The translations under genes were made by a program, and so were the position numbers. From positions 13,762,050 through 13,826,049 of the forward strand of contig NC_134026.1 of the NCBI RefSeq assembly GCF_964204645.1: 64,000 nt of DNA. Direction: 5' to 3'. The stretch comes from Tubulanus polymorphus (Eukaryota > Animalia > Nemertea). The notes under the pieces were generated by a model. That model did no database searches and was not told the DNA's origin. It worked only from the letters and a program-made list of their open reading frames with translations. Below are positions 8,657 through 20,580 of the stretch, one piece after another (the stretch's first letter is position 1; every line of letters begins with the position of its first letter).

Positions 8657-10310
8657 ATGTCCCAGGTATAATTGATGAACCACAACCTGATTTTAATGAA
8701 ACTAATATTGATAATGATGATGGATCAGCATATAATAATAATTTAAATAATGATGAAGATGATTCTAGTGGGCCTATATTATATGATTATGATGAATTTA
8801 AAGATGATACTGAAACAAGTGAAAAATTAATAGATTATTTAAGAACCCGCGATGAGATAATAATTAAAACTAGACAAGAAAGAAAAGAGTTAATTAATAG
8901 ATTAGAAAGAACAGAAAACCCTGAATTGACAGAAGAATTATTATACATAAAACGTAGTGTAACAAATACAGTTATTGAAGAATTATTACCAAAAAATGTA
9001 ACAGCTAACATTGAACCAGAAGATATTTCAGAACAAATTAGAAAAGATGACATACATTTCATGAATAATTTAGAATTTAAAAATGATTCATGGTATTATA
9101 ATGTTGAATTAAATAACAAAACTGGATCAATTCAATTATCTTAAATGGAACAAGAAGATCTGTACCATCCTGAAATGTTAGCAAGATCTACAATTGAACG
9201 TTCAAAAGGTGGTTCAGAATTTCTCAGAATTATATGGAATGCACTCGATAGAATAAATGAAGAAGAACCAAATGTCGGTATTGATATTAACAAATATTCA
9301 CCATTTAAAAATCCAAATTTAAATCCTACTTATGTTGATCCAGAAATGGAAGAGTATGGAGATCGATTGGATAAATTAAGAACTTCAACACCAGAAACAT
9401 CGAGAAGAGATATTCAACAAATTGATAATGATTCAAGTCAATTACAATAAGTAAAACCTTTTGATAGCATGTTAGATACAGTTCATTCATTTGAAGACGA
9501 GATGAATAGTGTTTTAGATACACCCGGTACGGAAACTGGAATAAATCGAATGCAACTTTCATTAGAAAAAGGATTACTTGATTTAAATGAAGAACAATTA
9601 AAAATATTTCCCGAACAAGCACGTAGAGAAATTAAAGGTATGCAAGAATCAGCTGGTGAAATTGCTAATATTAAGATGAGATTTTCTAAAATAGCCATGT
9701 TAGAAAAAAAATTAACTGATGCAAAGAATTAAAACAATTAGAATTAAATAAGGATCTTCAAGTAATTGGTGATGCTGAATATGAATGCAGAAAGTTAGCT
9801 TTAGAAAAAGAAATTTATGATTTAAAATATAAAAAAGAATTACAGGAAAAAGAAAGAGATATATTATTGAAATCATATGATCTTAATCATATTAAAAAAT
9901 CAAAAGTTATTTTTAAAGATTTAATAATAAAACCGGATTCTAAAATATCATTAAAAGATAGAAACAAATTATTCTTTAAATCAGCAGGTATAACAATTCT
10001 TTCAATTCTAACAGCTGTAACTATGTTATTCACAACAATAGGTTTAGCCATATCAAATTCATTAAAATCTACACCTACACCCAATAAACCGGATAAACCC
10101 CCTAATGATAATAATTCAATACAAGATAAAGTTAAAGATGGTTTGAAGAAATTAGCAAAATATTTATGGGAACTATCTAAAAAATCTGCTGCAGCTTTAC
10201 CCAGAATTATTGCATCAATTGTTGGTTATATATTGAAATCTGCAGGAAGTATTATTAACTTTGCTGCTGAACATATTATTTTATTTTTAATTACAGTTGT
10301 AAGTGCTATT
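8617..10310 (+). pseudogene. Disrupted large Polinton protein (acidic N-terminus, coiled coil, C-terminal hydrophobic helices)
   Basis: ORF pieces 8617-9144, 9145-9450, 9469-9732 and 9867-~10310 are separated by single stops or a frameshift. Hydrophobic tail GITILSILTAVTMLFTTIGLAI...IILFLITVVSAII. Confidence 0.68.
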
Positions 10311-11376
10311 ATTATTGATATAAAAGTAACTGGTCATGATAATGATTATGTTGTTGATAATGATGGAAGATATTTGATTAAAAAATTAACAATAAAGATT
10401 GGTCCAGAAACAGTTTTCTCATTAGATGATTATAATTTATTTATGCATTATAAAGATTTATGGTTAACAAAAGAAAATAGAAATAATATGATATTTCATG
10501 GCATCCAATCAGAAACCATAATGAATTAAGATCAGGAGCTAATGACGCAATACAGTAACTCGTACCGCAGATAATTTAATAAAAAGATTTATGGAAGCAA
10601 ATATAAAATTCCATTAGACTTTGAATTGATAAATAATAATGCACCTTTATATAAATATGCTATACAAGAAGATATTATATTTGAATTAAAATTTGCTCCA
10701 GTAAATGAAATTGTATTATCTAGCGTTGTAAGATATGGGATATAAATTATCGAATATATGTTTAGAATATGACACAGTCACTGATGAAAATATTGCTTGC
10801 ATAATTCAAACTCTATACAATCAAGGATTTTCATTATTATATGATTATATTGATTAATTTAAAACTGTAACTATTAATGCAAGTGATGAAATAATTAATG
10901 AGAATATCAACTTCCCAAGAAGATCTATTAAAGGTATATTAATATTTTTTACCATTGCAACATATTCTAATGGTGCAATACAGGTTGATAAGTATTATAA
11001 TCCTGAAATAACAAAAGTAGAAATAACTATTGAAGGTATAGCAAATAAAATATTTTGCCAGGGAATGAGAATGATAGATCAATGGCCAGAAATTAGAAAA
11101 CATTTTATGAATGAAAAAATAAAACCATCTGAAAATTGTAATATTAATCAAATTGATTATTATACCGGCAATAAATATGCATTATGGTTAGATTTTAGAA
11201 CAACAGAGGATAACTTATTACATGGTTCTGGGAAAAAATTACAGAACACTAAAGATGGGATACAATTATTCATGACAAAGAAAAAAGGAAGTTTGAATTT
11301 CAAAATGCACATTTATATCATATCTGACGCCCAATCAAATATTGTAAATTCTCAATTGAATAGTGTTATGTATTAA
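10311..11376 (+). pseudogene. Major capsid protein (double jelly-roll) remnant, N-terminus deleted
   Basis: Pieces GRYLIKKLTIKIG..YKDLWLTKENR, IPLDFELI..DIIFELKFAP, ICLEYDTV, INENINFPRRSIKGILIFF..YNPEITKVEITIEG, YALWLDFRTTEDNLLHGSG..IYIISDAQ resemble invertebrate Polinton MCPs from recall (not searched). Position next to the packaging ATPase supports this. Confidence 0.7.
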
Positions 11377-11408
11377 AATTTTAATTCAAATAAAAATTGT
11401 TATGATAA

Positions 11409-12483
11409 ATGGAAGGAGGAATATATGAAATACAAAGTCCAAGTGAAATGATATCAGATATATATTATATAATACCTTATGATGAATATAGTAAGTATTT
11501 TGGAGAAAACTTTAATCAATTCAAATATAGAATAAGTAAAATAGATAATAATGTTGAACCTAAAATAGAAAATAATATTGAAACTAAAATAGAAGATAAT
11601 ATTAAAACATAAATAGATAATAATATTGAATCTAAAATAGAAGATAATATTGAACCTAAAAAAGAAGATAATATTGATACTAAAATAGAAGATAATATTG
11701 AAACTAAAATAGAAGATGTAACAGCATCTACTTCTAACTATAAAATAGAAAAATCAAATGTTAAAGATATCATTAGATGCACATATTGTGAAGAAGATTT
11801 TGATAATTATAATGATTATTTATTGCACATCAAAAAAGATGAACATATTTTACAATTAGTAAAAACATCTTTATATTAAAAGATAAATGCAAAGAAGACC
11901 AAAATTATTGTGCCTTCTGTAATGAATGTATAGCAAAGACTAATTGGTCAAAACATTATAAATTAATAAACAAAAGGTGGAAATGATTCAGCCCATGCAA
12001 TACTGGTATTTAAATCTTGGTGTGAAAAATGTAAAGAATATGTAATATATGATAAACAATTGAATCATAAATACTCAATTAAACATATAGGTACAGATAA
12101 TGTAATAGAAAATCCATTAATTATAAATCCAAAATTTAATAAAGTGAATATATTAAATTATCGGTGGTATAGAAAAACATTTATAGATTATTTCTCGAAT
12201 AATGATATAGTTACCATATTGAAAAAGTTAGATAACTTTAAACCAAATGTAACTCATGCAATGAACTTATTTGAACTTTAAATATGATGATTTTAGAGAA
12301 TTTTTAAATAAACATCCATCTAAAACTGAAATCGAAAATTATAATCCAAAAATATTTTCGAGAGCAACATTCAATAAATATAAACTCGGGAATCATTTAG
12401 GAACTATACCAATATCGATGAAAAGGAGTATATTGTTAGAATATAATAAGCTTAAAGAAAAATATGAAAATGAAAAAGATTAA
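11409..12483 (+). pseudogene. Disrupted Polinton protein with 8-aa (24-nt) KIEDNIET repeats and zinc fingers
   Basis: Tandem 24-nt units at ~11538-11720, CTYC..H..H and further CxxC motifs, multiple stops. An inverted paralog lies at 43921-44216. Confidence 0.65.
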
Positions 12484-12502
12484 TTTCTATTTACGTATTG
12501 AT

Positions 12503-12820
12503 ATACGAGTGTACGAATGGTACGAATGGTACGAACTGTACGAGTGTACGAGTGTACGAGTGTACGAGTTAATAATATATATATTTCACTTTTAAACATA
12601 CGAATTGGAAGAATAGTACGAGTATGAATATAATATTTGTATTCTATATTAAATTTAGCATAATATATATATTTTATTAGTTAAAAATATGAATATGATA
12701 AATCTGTGGAGACATAGGGGTTATTTGAATATAAGACCCCCCTCTCGTACCCTCGTACACTCGTCCATCCGTTCCATTCGTACAACTCGTACAATTCGTA
12801 CACTCGTACCATCCATACTA
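12503..12820. repeat. Two inverted arrays of a GTACGA motif between convergent gene blocks
   Basis: GTACGA(GT/ATG/ACT) units at 12503-12570 and TCGTAC units at ~12744-12810 on the opposite strand. Confidence 0.8.
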
Positions 12821-12887
12821 TTCAAAATTCTATAATATTTCAAATTTTAAGTAATAAGGTACCTAATACATAAATGCTTAAAATACC

Positions 12888-13497
12888 TTATTTTATAAAT
12901 TTATATTCATAAGGAAATTGAAGCCTCAGAAGTAATTTTGAACCTTTATTACTTTTTGATTTATTCATATATTCATTAGTAAGTCAGTAGGTATAATTTG
13001 ATTTTCTTCCAATGATTGTTGCATAGATTTTCTATCTTTATTGTAGAATAAAACTAAAAATCTAATGTTTTCTCTAAAGTCTTTAACAATTGAATTATAT
13101 TTTTGATTTAAAACCAATGTTGTTATCCCCAATGTCTCCCAGAGAAAGCTAAATAGCATAACTCACTTTCTCTAACTTTTGAATCATGTAAATTAGCACA
13201 ATCATCTACAATGAATAATGTATTTGATGCTTTATAAATATCAATTGCTATTTTTATACAATTATCTCAATTTTCTTTAACTGTTTTAGGATTTAATATA
13301 ATAAACTTTTTTATCTTAACTATATCTCTATTATATGTTTTATTCATTTCATAAGTGGGGCAGAATAATATTATATTATCAAAATGATTCTTATAAATAG
13401 TTTCTAACAAATCTAATATAAAATGTGTTTTACCACAGTTGGTTACTCCAGTAACTAACATATTATGCGTTTCAAATATAAATAAATCTTTATTCAT
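12888..13497 (-). pseudogene. A32/FtsK-like DNA packaging ATPase
   Basis: Walker A GVTNCGKT, Walker B TLFIVDDCA, then LNQKYNSIVKDFRENI. Stop and frameshifts present. Confidence 0.88.
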
Positions 13498-13499
13498 TT

Positions 13500-14820
13500 A
13501 TTATCTTAATTTTACTAGATAAAATCCATTCGTTAAATTTGTCATCATACCCTTTATATTTCACCAGAGAATACTTTTTCCTTTAAGAGTTTTCAATACT
13601 TTTTCTATTTCATATTCTATTTCATCTGGATTTGGTACAAGTGATAGTTCTTGTTCATAGAAATAACCTAATATTTCTTCATCTTTTAAATCTTCTAATT
13701 TATAAACAAATGGTTTAGTTAATATTATTCTTTTAATTTTAAATATTTCTTCAGTAAAATTTGGAGTATAACCTTTATAAAATCTTTTTCGATATTTAGA
13801 TATTCTTTCATGTTGTCCTATTTTAAATTTTGGTTCTCCAAAATCATGTGTCACAAATGCTCCTTATAAATTATTCCAAACTATTTCTGAATTATCTTCT
13901 TTTCTAGCTTGTATAGGTTTCATACCATTACTTGAATGTTTAGAATTAACATAACCTTTCACTAAATCATCTAATATATCAATATATTTATATGTTTCAT
14001 TAGCAGTAAAATATTTCCACATTCTAGTTTTCAGTGTTTTATTAAATCTTTCTATAATAGATGCTTTTTTTATCTGAGTGCGTTGAAAAATATTCTATAC
14101 TGTTTTCAGATAATAGTTTTTAAAAATGTTTATTATAAAATTCCTTACCTTCATCGAATTGTATCTTACCTGGGATAGCTTCTTTAAATATATTTTAAAA
14201 GCATTTGTAACTTCTATGCCAGTTTTATTTTTGATTGGAATACTCCATGCGTATCTACTGAATATATCTATAACATTCAGTATACAGAAATATCCTTTGT
14301 TGTATTCCTCTAAGTTCTTCATGTCAATCAAATCTGCTTGCCATTGTTGTGTATTCAAAGGTTAACCATAACCTTTCTTGTTAAATAATTTCTATCCATT
14401 TTCTTATGGATTTGATATGTTGGTTGATTTTGTTACCTACGATACCAGCGATACCGAGGATACCTGTCTCACGGCCTGTGAGATCCCAGGTTACCTACGA
14501 TACCAACCATACCGATGATACCCACGATACCCCTCTCATGGCCTGTGAGACCCCAGGGTACCTATGATACCAACGATACCCGTCTCATGGCCTGTGAGAT
14601 CCCAGGTTACTTACGATACCAACGATACCGATGATACCGCGGATACCCCTCTCATGGCCTGTAAGACCCCAGGGCACCTATGATACCAACAATATATGAA
14701 ACCATAACCTTTCTTGTTAAATAATTTCTATCCATTTTCTTATGGATTTGATATGTTGGTTGATTTTGTAACCATTATCTCAGTTCACTATATTTTATAT
14801 TTTCTTTATCAGATTTAATT
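13500..14820 (-). pseudogene. Polinton retroviral-like (rve) integrase with C-terminal chromodomain, disrupted
   Basis: WQADLIDM, IDIFSRYAW, IQFDEGKEF, KASIIERFNKTLK, FYKGYTPNFTEEIF, GYFYEQEL, YEIEKVLK. Interrupted by a satellite block at 14432-14690. Confidence 0.9.
14432..14690. repeat. GATACC satellite block inside the integrase gene
   Basis: Near-identical to 15539-15797. Flanked by a 70-bp direct repeat of integrase sequence (14364-14433 and 14700-14769). Confidence 0.88.
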
Positions 14821-15528
14821 CAACGAGAGGCCGCCAGTTGCTCCTCAATCGGTTCGACATAAGCCGGCTGGCGACGGCAACGCGACGCCTACCGACGCCT
14901 ACCGACTCGTCGCAAGCCGTATCCGGCTAGTTGCCCATGTTCTACTCCGGCCTACGGTAGGCGGGCAGTTGCTTTTGATCGCAGCCGACATAAGCTCATC
15001 TGCGATGCGACAGAACTGAGCGCAGGGGTTCCAGCCAATGAGAGACCGCATATACATAATAAAATTATCACCGCTAGTTAGCGTCATTCGTAATTAGTCA
15101 TAAACTTTCAAATTCAAGTAGTTCAAAACGTAATCCAAACCTTCAGCACGGCAGAGGACTGGACCGAAGATCTAGAAACGAAATTGGTAGAATTATGGTG
15201 TGAGCGGCCATCTTTATAGATGTCGCCAGCACGTTGTATTCAAAACAGAATCAGAAAGATCAAAGTCTTAAAGAAATAGCTTTTCTAATAGAAATATATT
15301 TCCTAATAATTCAAATTTCACGTGACCATGTGAGCCGTTACAGTTGCTAGTAATTGCAACTGACATAAGCAGGGAAGCAACTGGGAGGATCTCATATCCC
15401 GCTAGTCGGCCTCAGTTGCTGCGAATCGGAGCGCAGTCGACAAAAGCTGGGCTGCGATCGCGGTTGCTCTCAGTTGCGTCGGTAGGAGTCGGTAGGCGTC
15501 GCGTTGCTTGTCGACATAAGCCAGCCTT
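14821..15528. mobile_element. Non-autonomous DNA transposon (MITE-like) fragment
   Basis: Inverted repeat GCAACGCGACGCCTACCGAC (~14877) / GTCGGTAGGCGTCGCGTTGC (~15488). Ends GACATAAGCCAGCC|TTAA. A related end (GACTGGCTTATGTC) occurs at ~39115. Confidence 0.5.
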
Positions 15529-15535
15529 AAAACTT

Positions 15536-16785
15536 CAGGTTACCTACGATACCAGCGATACCGAGGATACCTGTCTCACGGCCTGTGAGATCCCAGGTTA
15601 CCTACGATACCAACCATACCGATGATACCGAGGATACCCCTCTCATGGCCTGTGAGACCCCAGGGTACCTATGATACCAACGATACCCGTCTCATGGCCT
15701 GTGAGATCCCAGGTTACCTACGATACCAACGATACCGATGATACCGCGGATACCCCTCTCATGGCCTGTAAGACCCCAGGGCACCTATGATACCAACGAT
15801 ACCGAGGATACCTGTCTCACGGCCTGTGAAATTCCAGGTTACCTGTTATACCTACGATACCCAGGTTGCCCGGGAGTAACCTATGATAGCAACGATGCCG
15901 AGGATACCTGTCTCACGGCCTGTAAGATCCCAGGGTACCTACGATACCAGCGATACCGAGGATACCCGTCTCACGGCCTGTAAGATCCCAGGTTACCGAC
16001 GATACCTACGATACCGAGGATACCTGCCCCATGGCCTGTGAGACTCCAGGTTACCTAAGATACCAACGATACCGAGAATACCTGTCTCACGGCCTGTGAG
16101 ATCCCAGGTTACCTACGATACCAACCATACCGATGATACCGAGGATACCCCTCTCATGGCCTGTGAGACCCCAGGGTACCTATGATACCAACGATACCCG
16201 TCTCATGGCCTGTGAGATCCCAGGTTACCTACGATACCAACGATACCGATGATACCGCGGATACCCCTCTCATGGCCTGTAAGACCCCAGGGCACCTATG
16301 ATACCAACGATACCGAGGATCTGTCTCACGGCCTGTGAAATTCCAGGTTACCTGTTATACCTACGATACCCAGGTTGCCCGGGAGTAACCTATGATAGCA
16401 ACGATGCCGAGGATACCTGTCTCACGGCCTGTAAGATCCCAGGGTACCTACGATACCAGCGATACCGAGGATACCCGTCTCACGGCCTGTAAGATCCCAG
16501 GTTACCTACGATACCTACGATACCGAGGATACCTGCCCCATGGCCTGTGAGACTCCAGGTTACCTAAGATACCAACGATACCGAGAATACCTGTCTCACG
16601 GCCTGTGAGACCCCCGGGGTACATGATACCAACGATACCGAGGATACCCGTCTCACGGCCTGTGAGATCCCAGGTTACCTACGATACCAACTATACCGAT
16701 GATACCGAGGATAAGTCATGTCGCACGGCCTGTGAGCCTCCTGGCTACCTGCGATACCCATGATACTGAGGATACCCACGATATC
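15536..16785. repeat. GATACC-based minisatellite/satellite (~45-65 bp monomers) with ~510-bp higher-order repeat
   Basis: Monomer GTTACCTACGATACC..GATACCGAGGATACC..TCTCAYGGCCTGTGAGAYCCCAG. Diagnostic variants recur 509-511 bp apart (15601/16112; 15865/16374). Confidence 0.92.
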
Positions 16786-18404
16786 TTGGAGATTCCCGAA
16801 ACCTGGACGGAGCGCTCCTGATGTCGTACGTTGGTGAAGCTATCGTTTTGTAGCGTCCTCTTGTGGAGACGCCATTTTGAATCTGTGTCGAATTACACTG
16901 GCTTATAACCGTAGTAGCTCGTATGCAACTTATTTCAGCGCTTCGTCAGATGGTCGTGAGTTAGGTTTTTTTCGCGAGCTGTCGTGTCCAGTCTTGAGAC
17001 CTGACATGCAGACAGACCTAAATGACTCTTGGCCAAGCCCAAGGCCAAAGGATCTTTGATTTTGGACAAATGCAAGCAAGTAAGCCTAATTGAAGTAGTT
17101 TAATGAACGCTTCACCACAGCCAATAACCATCTTAGGGGGTAATAGTGTAGATCCGCACCTCTCGTAAATGCACAGACAGGGACCTGACAAAAAAATTTT
17201 TGACCCCAGTATCCTACGTAGGGTTTTCAAGTGAAAATTTTCCAAACACTATACAAACAATTTAAAAGGCCTAGATGAAAGAAGGGTTTAATATAAGATC
17301 ATAGCCATTTACAGAACTAAAATCGTTCAAGCCGTTCAAAAGTTATGAAGGAATTTGTCGGCTGAAAATCGCGCTTCTCAGCCATAGAGAGTCTTCATTA
17401 GGAAATGAACTAAAGGTCACAAGGTCAAATGGTGACCAAATGATCAATTTCTTAGTAAAGAAATAATTGAAAGTAGAAAAGAAACTTGTAGGCCTATATC
17501 TTTGGGAATTGCAGGGTTCGTCGCGGGCAGTGAAAGCAGTGAATAGCAGCGAATTGAAAAAATTCTATTCACGGCTGTTAATAGCAGTGAATTTTTTAGA
17601 AAGGCAGTGGAAATGGGAAAAGGGGCAGTGAATTCGGAAATTTGTTCAATTTTGTCTGAGATTGGCAATTTTAAAATGTCACGAGAAATTTCGATGAGTT
17701 TCGAACAAAAAAATATACGGACGATGTCATGCCGGCGGCAATTCAATTTCATTTTATTCATCGACGTGCCAACCAATTCAATTTTATTCACGAGTTTTCA
17801 TTTTTATGGTTGCCATGGCTACCTGGTCCAGGCACCTGTTTCACAAAATTGCAAATGGCGGTGGTTTGCGTTCGGATTTTTAAAAATCTCTGGCCCGTTA
17901 CACTGTGGAAAAATGGGAAAGTGTACATTTTAAGATTGGTGGCTTCATCATCCGGAGTACCGTAGCTGGATTGAACGTGTTCCGAATTGTATTCATAAGT
18001 TTAGATGTAGAATTTGCATGAAATCGTACGAACTTGGAGCCGGTGGTTTGGAGCTTTGATATCTCACATGAAAAGTACCCTACACCTATCTGGTGGTTCG
18101 ATAGTTAAATTAGATGATATGTTTGGCAAAAAAGATCTCAACAACAATCGCTGTGGGAAGTGTGTGCTTTTGAAATGACCGTTTCTTCTAAATAATGATT
18201 AATGTTTTCATTTGCGTTCAATTATACTAAAGTGGCTACCCATACGTGACTACATACGCACATCATGCGTGAAAGAATAGGGTTAGGGTTAGGTGAGGCT
18301 ACATATAAATTAACTTTCATTGACCCTGCTGTTTTCTATGACTACTGCCATATATTTTTTTATTTGGTTCCGAATCCCAATCCGGCATTTAGATTTTATT
18401 TGGC

Positions 18405-19390
18405 TTTTTAGTCCCAGCAGGCAATTGCGTTCACTTTTCGTCCATCTTCCGTCCGTCCGTAGACGGAATCCAGTTATTTTGGGAAGTTTTGAAGACGCTT
18501 CAATCTAATGTCTTGATATTTGGGTTACACATGTAGGCTACCCTAGACACATCTTCAGCCCAAAAACTGGCCCTGTCAGAATCAAGATGGCCGACTGGCA
18601 GCCATTATTTTTCGCTAAAATCAACACTTTTTACACATTTTTGAACTTTTTGAGGGAAATTTTGAAGACGTTTTGATCAATTACCTTGATCATTCGGGTG
18701 TATGTGAATCCCCCCAGGACCCATCAGCATAACAAAAATTGGGTCAATCGGACTCAAGATGGCCGTCCTAAGACCTTTTTAAGTGCCCAAAAATGTCAAT
18801 TTTGGCCCGAATTCTGAGTCCTGTAGCTTCCTACTGGTTTGCCATTTCTCATTGCAATTTGTGATGGGTATTCTTTGAAAAGGGATGTTTTATAGGCCTA
18901 CCTGAGACAGGTATTTTTGTTCAGCCAATTATGACGCAATTGGCGGCCATCTTGGTGTCATCAGTACTCATTCGTAGGTGGGAAAAAGTTTTTCCACATT
19001 ATAGGCCTATTGATACCTACCGGTAAGCGTATTTTATTACCACAATCAATTAGAAACTTGTAGCACATAATGTGTTCTATGATTGTGGTGAGTTTCAAGT
19101 TCATTGGTTTTTGTATATGGCCACCAGGGGGCGTTGAATAATACAATATCTTAGTATTTCTATATTATATTCGTATCAATGCATATTTTGTAACCACAAT
19201 CAATTGCAAAGTTGTAGCTCATGACATCATCTATGATTGTGGCAAGTTTTAAGGCCATTAGTTATTCTATATGTTCACCAGGGGGCGTTGAATTGTAGAA
19301 TAACTTAGTATTTCCTATTATTATATTGGTGCCTTGGCATATTTTGTTACCATGATCAATTACAAAGTTATAGTTCGTGACATGTTCTAT
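18405..19390. repeat. Unclassified non-autonomous interspersed repeat with internal tandem subrepeats
   Basis: Starts TTTTTAGTCCCAGC..CGTCCGTCCGT. Repeated CAAGATGGCCG (18584, 18755) and ~136-bp units containing CACCAGGGGGCGTTGAAT (~19122, ~19276). Confidence 0.4.
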
Positions 19391-20441
19391 GATTGTGCAC
19401 AAAGCTAACACCACCGCAGTTTGATGTGTCTAGTTTAAATTCTGATATAATCTCATTCAGGGTTGATTGTTTACACAAAAGGACGTACTTTGGTGTGGCA
19501 GTAATATTATTGGGATCATGTCTTTTTTCCCAGTGGTTCCATGTTAATATTGTATTTACGGGTATGGATTCACATAAATTTTGGATGGTTTTAGAATGAT
19601 CACCACATTTGTCACATGTTTTTTCGATACAGGGGGGTAAATGAAAACGTGCACCATGGATCGATAACGCGCGCAACTTGTATCTGACGTTCTGGCAGTA
19701 CACACATTCACACGTTTCTAATGTGGTGTTTAATTTTCGGACATTCTTAGGACGTAGCAAAGTGAATTTTGTTAGGCCAATTTTAACGTCAGGATTTTCC
19801 TTATGGAATATTTGAAAGGCCGTCAAAATTGATACTTGCATTGAATATCCGGGACCATGTTTGTTCGCATATCGCTTCGATGGAAGAACACGAGAGATGT
19901 CCTCCCGATGATAGAACGATATAACCTTGTCGATATTTATTGCGCTCAACGCATCAGATCGTCTATTGCGCATTCCACCGCGCTTGACTGCGCGGCTTAT
20001 AGTTTTCCAATCGATTTTATAAACACGAGCCAAGTAGCGGTAACTGGATTTAATTCTAGCGATATATCGTAATGCGGCACTGCTATAGACTTTCTTTACT
20101 TTAGCCCGACGTATGGGAATTTCTCGGCCGACCATTTTCGTGTATAATGATTTTATGATTTTTCTTCTTTTACTCGGCGATTTTGGGAGATTTTTCTTCG
20201 CTCGCGAAAGATCATCATATTTTGTTTGTTGTACCCTATACGAAGATGATTCTGCCGGTAAATGAGTGTCGGGACTAGCTTTTGATGTTTGAATTACATC
20301 ATACAATTGTTTTTTTGCATGATAGCGCCGACGCTCTTTTTCGTTTCTACGACGCTTTTTCTGCGCCGACTGACGTGCTCTTAATTCTCTTTGTCTTATT
20401 TTCCAGTACTTTCGTTTTTGATCGACAGTTGACCGGGTCAC
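19368..20441 (-). pseudogene. DNA transposase N-terminal half, probably Sola2-like, truncated
   Basis: 357-aa ORF with basic N-terminus, DISRVLP, FHKENPDVKIGLTKFTLLRPKNV, CECVYCQN, CDKC, WNHWE. No DDD/E core visible. Superfamily from recall. Confidence 0.6.
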
Positions 20442-20580
20442 ATTTTGTTTGTTTTTTTCTTTTGGTGTCAGTTTTATTATCGGAAACCTGCCCGCAGGTG
20501 CTTGAGAGGCAGCACTGGCTAGTTTTTTTTTTCTCTAGACTTTCTATTTCGCTCCCTGGCGGCAGCTAGGTCCCTTTCTT

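Larger units (their letters stand above)
6190..14820. mobile_element. Polinton/Maverick copy B: decayed internal block (structural genes on +, ATPase and integrase on -), no termini
   Basis: Very AT-rich, tightly packed intronless ORFs. ATPase and integrase are collinear with copy D. Capsid-like gene at 10311-11376. Confidence 0.88.

Noticed and set aside
9140-9150. TAAATG at ORF 9145 as another promoter motif
   Set aside because: Likely a premature stop within the disrupted large gene, so excluded from the motif count.
15536-16785. Possible CRISPR-like array or repeat-protein ORFs (15344-16492)
   Set aside because: No unique spacers: units are tandem variants of one monomer in a eukaryotic context with no cas genes. 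The ORFs only reflect the repeat.
18278-18293. TTAGGG telomere-like repeat
   Set aside because: Under three units; too short to support an interstitial telomere.
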